Source: Nymphaea colorata
Taxonomy: Eukaryota
Assembly (NCBI RefSeq): GCF_008831285.2
Contig: NC_045138.2
Coordinates: forward strand, 41,726,001-41,790,000
Reading direction: 5' to 3'
Length of the DNA: 64,000 nt
The notes beneath the pieces are model-generated. The model was not told the origin of the DNA and did no database searches. It was given only the letters and a program-made list of their open reading frames with translations. This document shows, one piece after another, positions 63,647-64,000 of this stretch; within the stretch, counting starts at the first letter, position 1; each line of letters begins with the position of its first letter. Both the position numbers and the translations under genes were made by a program.

Positions 63647-64000
63647 TAAGAATAATGCTATCTAAGCTCTAATGTATCCATGTGGATGTCATTGATATAG
63701 TACAACGTAAGTATCATTATCTCTTATCGAATGTGCACATATGGTTACTATGTAGATCTATATGTATGGGCAATATTATTGCCTCTCAAATGTGAACATA
63801 TGCTTGCTATGGATATACATGTCCATTTGGCTATCATGTATCGATACATAAGAATAAGATTATCTAAGCTCTAATATATCCATATGGTTGTCATTGACAT
63901 AGTGTAACATAAGCACCATTATCTCTGATCGAATGTGCACATATGGTTGCCATGTAGATATATGTGTATGCGCAGTATTATCACTGCTCAAATGTGAACA
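63647..64000. repeat. Tandem repeat of a ~203-bp unit running off the window end
   Basis: TAAGAATAA..TATCTAAGCTCTAAT restarts at ~63647 and ~63849. Confidence 0.85.

Overview
Flowering-plant nuclear DNA with GT-AG spliceosomal introns, dense in transposons. All alignments, translations and counts here were done by eye, with no database searches. Three host genes are supported: the 3' half of COP1 (+, 7 WD40 exons, 46-12974), an intronless C3HC4 RING gene (-, 21593-22480) and a plastid fibrillin/PAP gene (-, 3 exons, 35882-49261). COP1 and the fibrillin gene each have one 11-12 kb intron inflated by the same short-LTR Ty1/copia family. In COP1 the insertion is a chimeric tandem (LTR-internal-LTR-internal). 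In the fibrillin intron it is a very young copy with identical LTRs and an AAAAT target-site duplication (TSD), nested in older copia and chromovirus debris. The window also has an old degraded copia, a decayed L1-type LINE, several hAT-type MITEs, a plastid ndhH insert, two mitochondrial inserts (nad1 and nad5, with group II introns), a duplicated fibrillin promoter/transit-peptide fragment, FAR1- and Ulp1-like transposon remnants and a higher-order minisatellite. I cannot demonstrate a new biological system. The best candidate is the RNA architecture of the copia family: a predicted protease-skipping gag splice, a predicted 5'-leader intron enclosing conserved hairpins, and Gag-only and Gag-less derivatives that could complement each other in trans.
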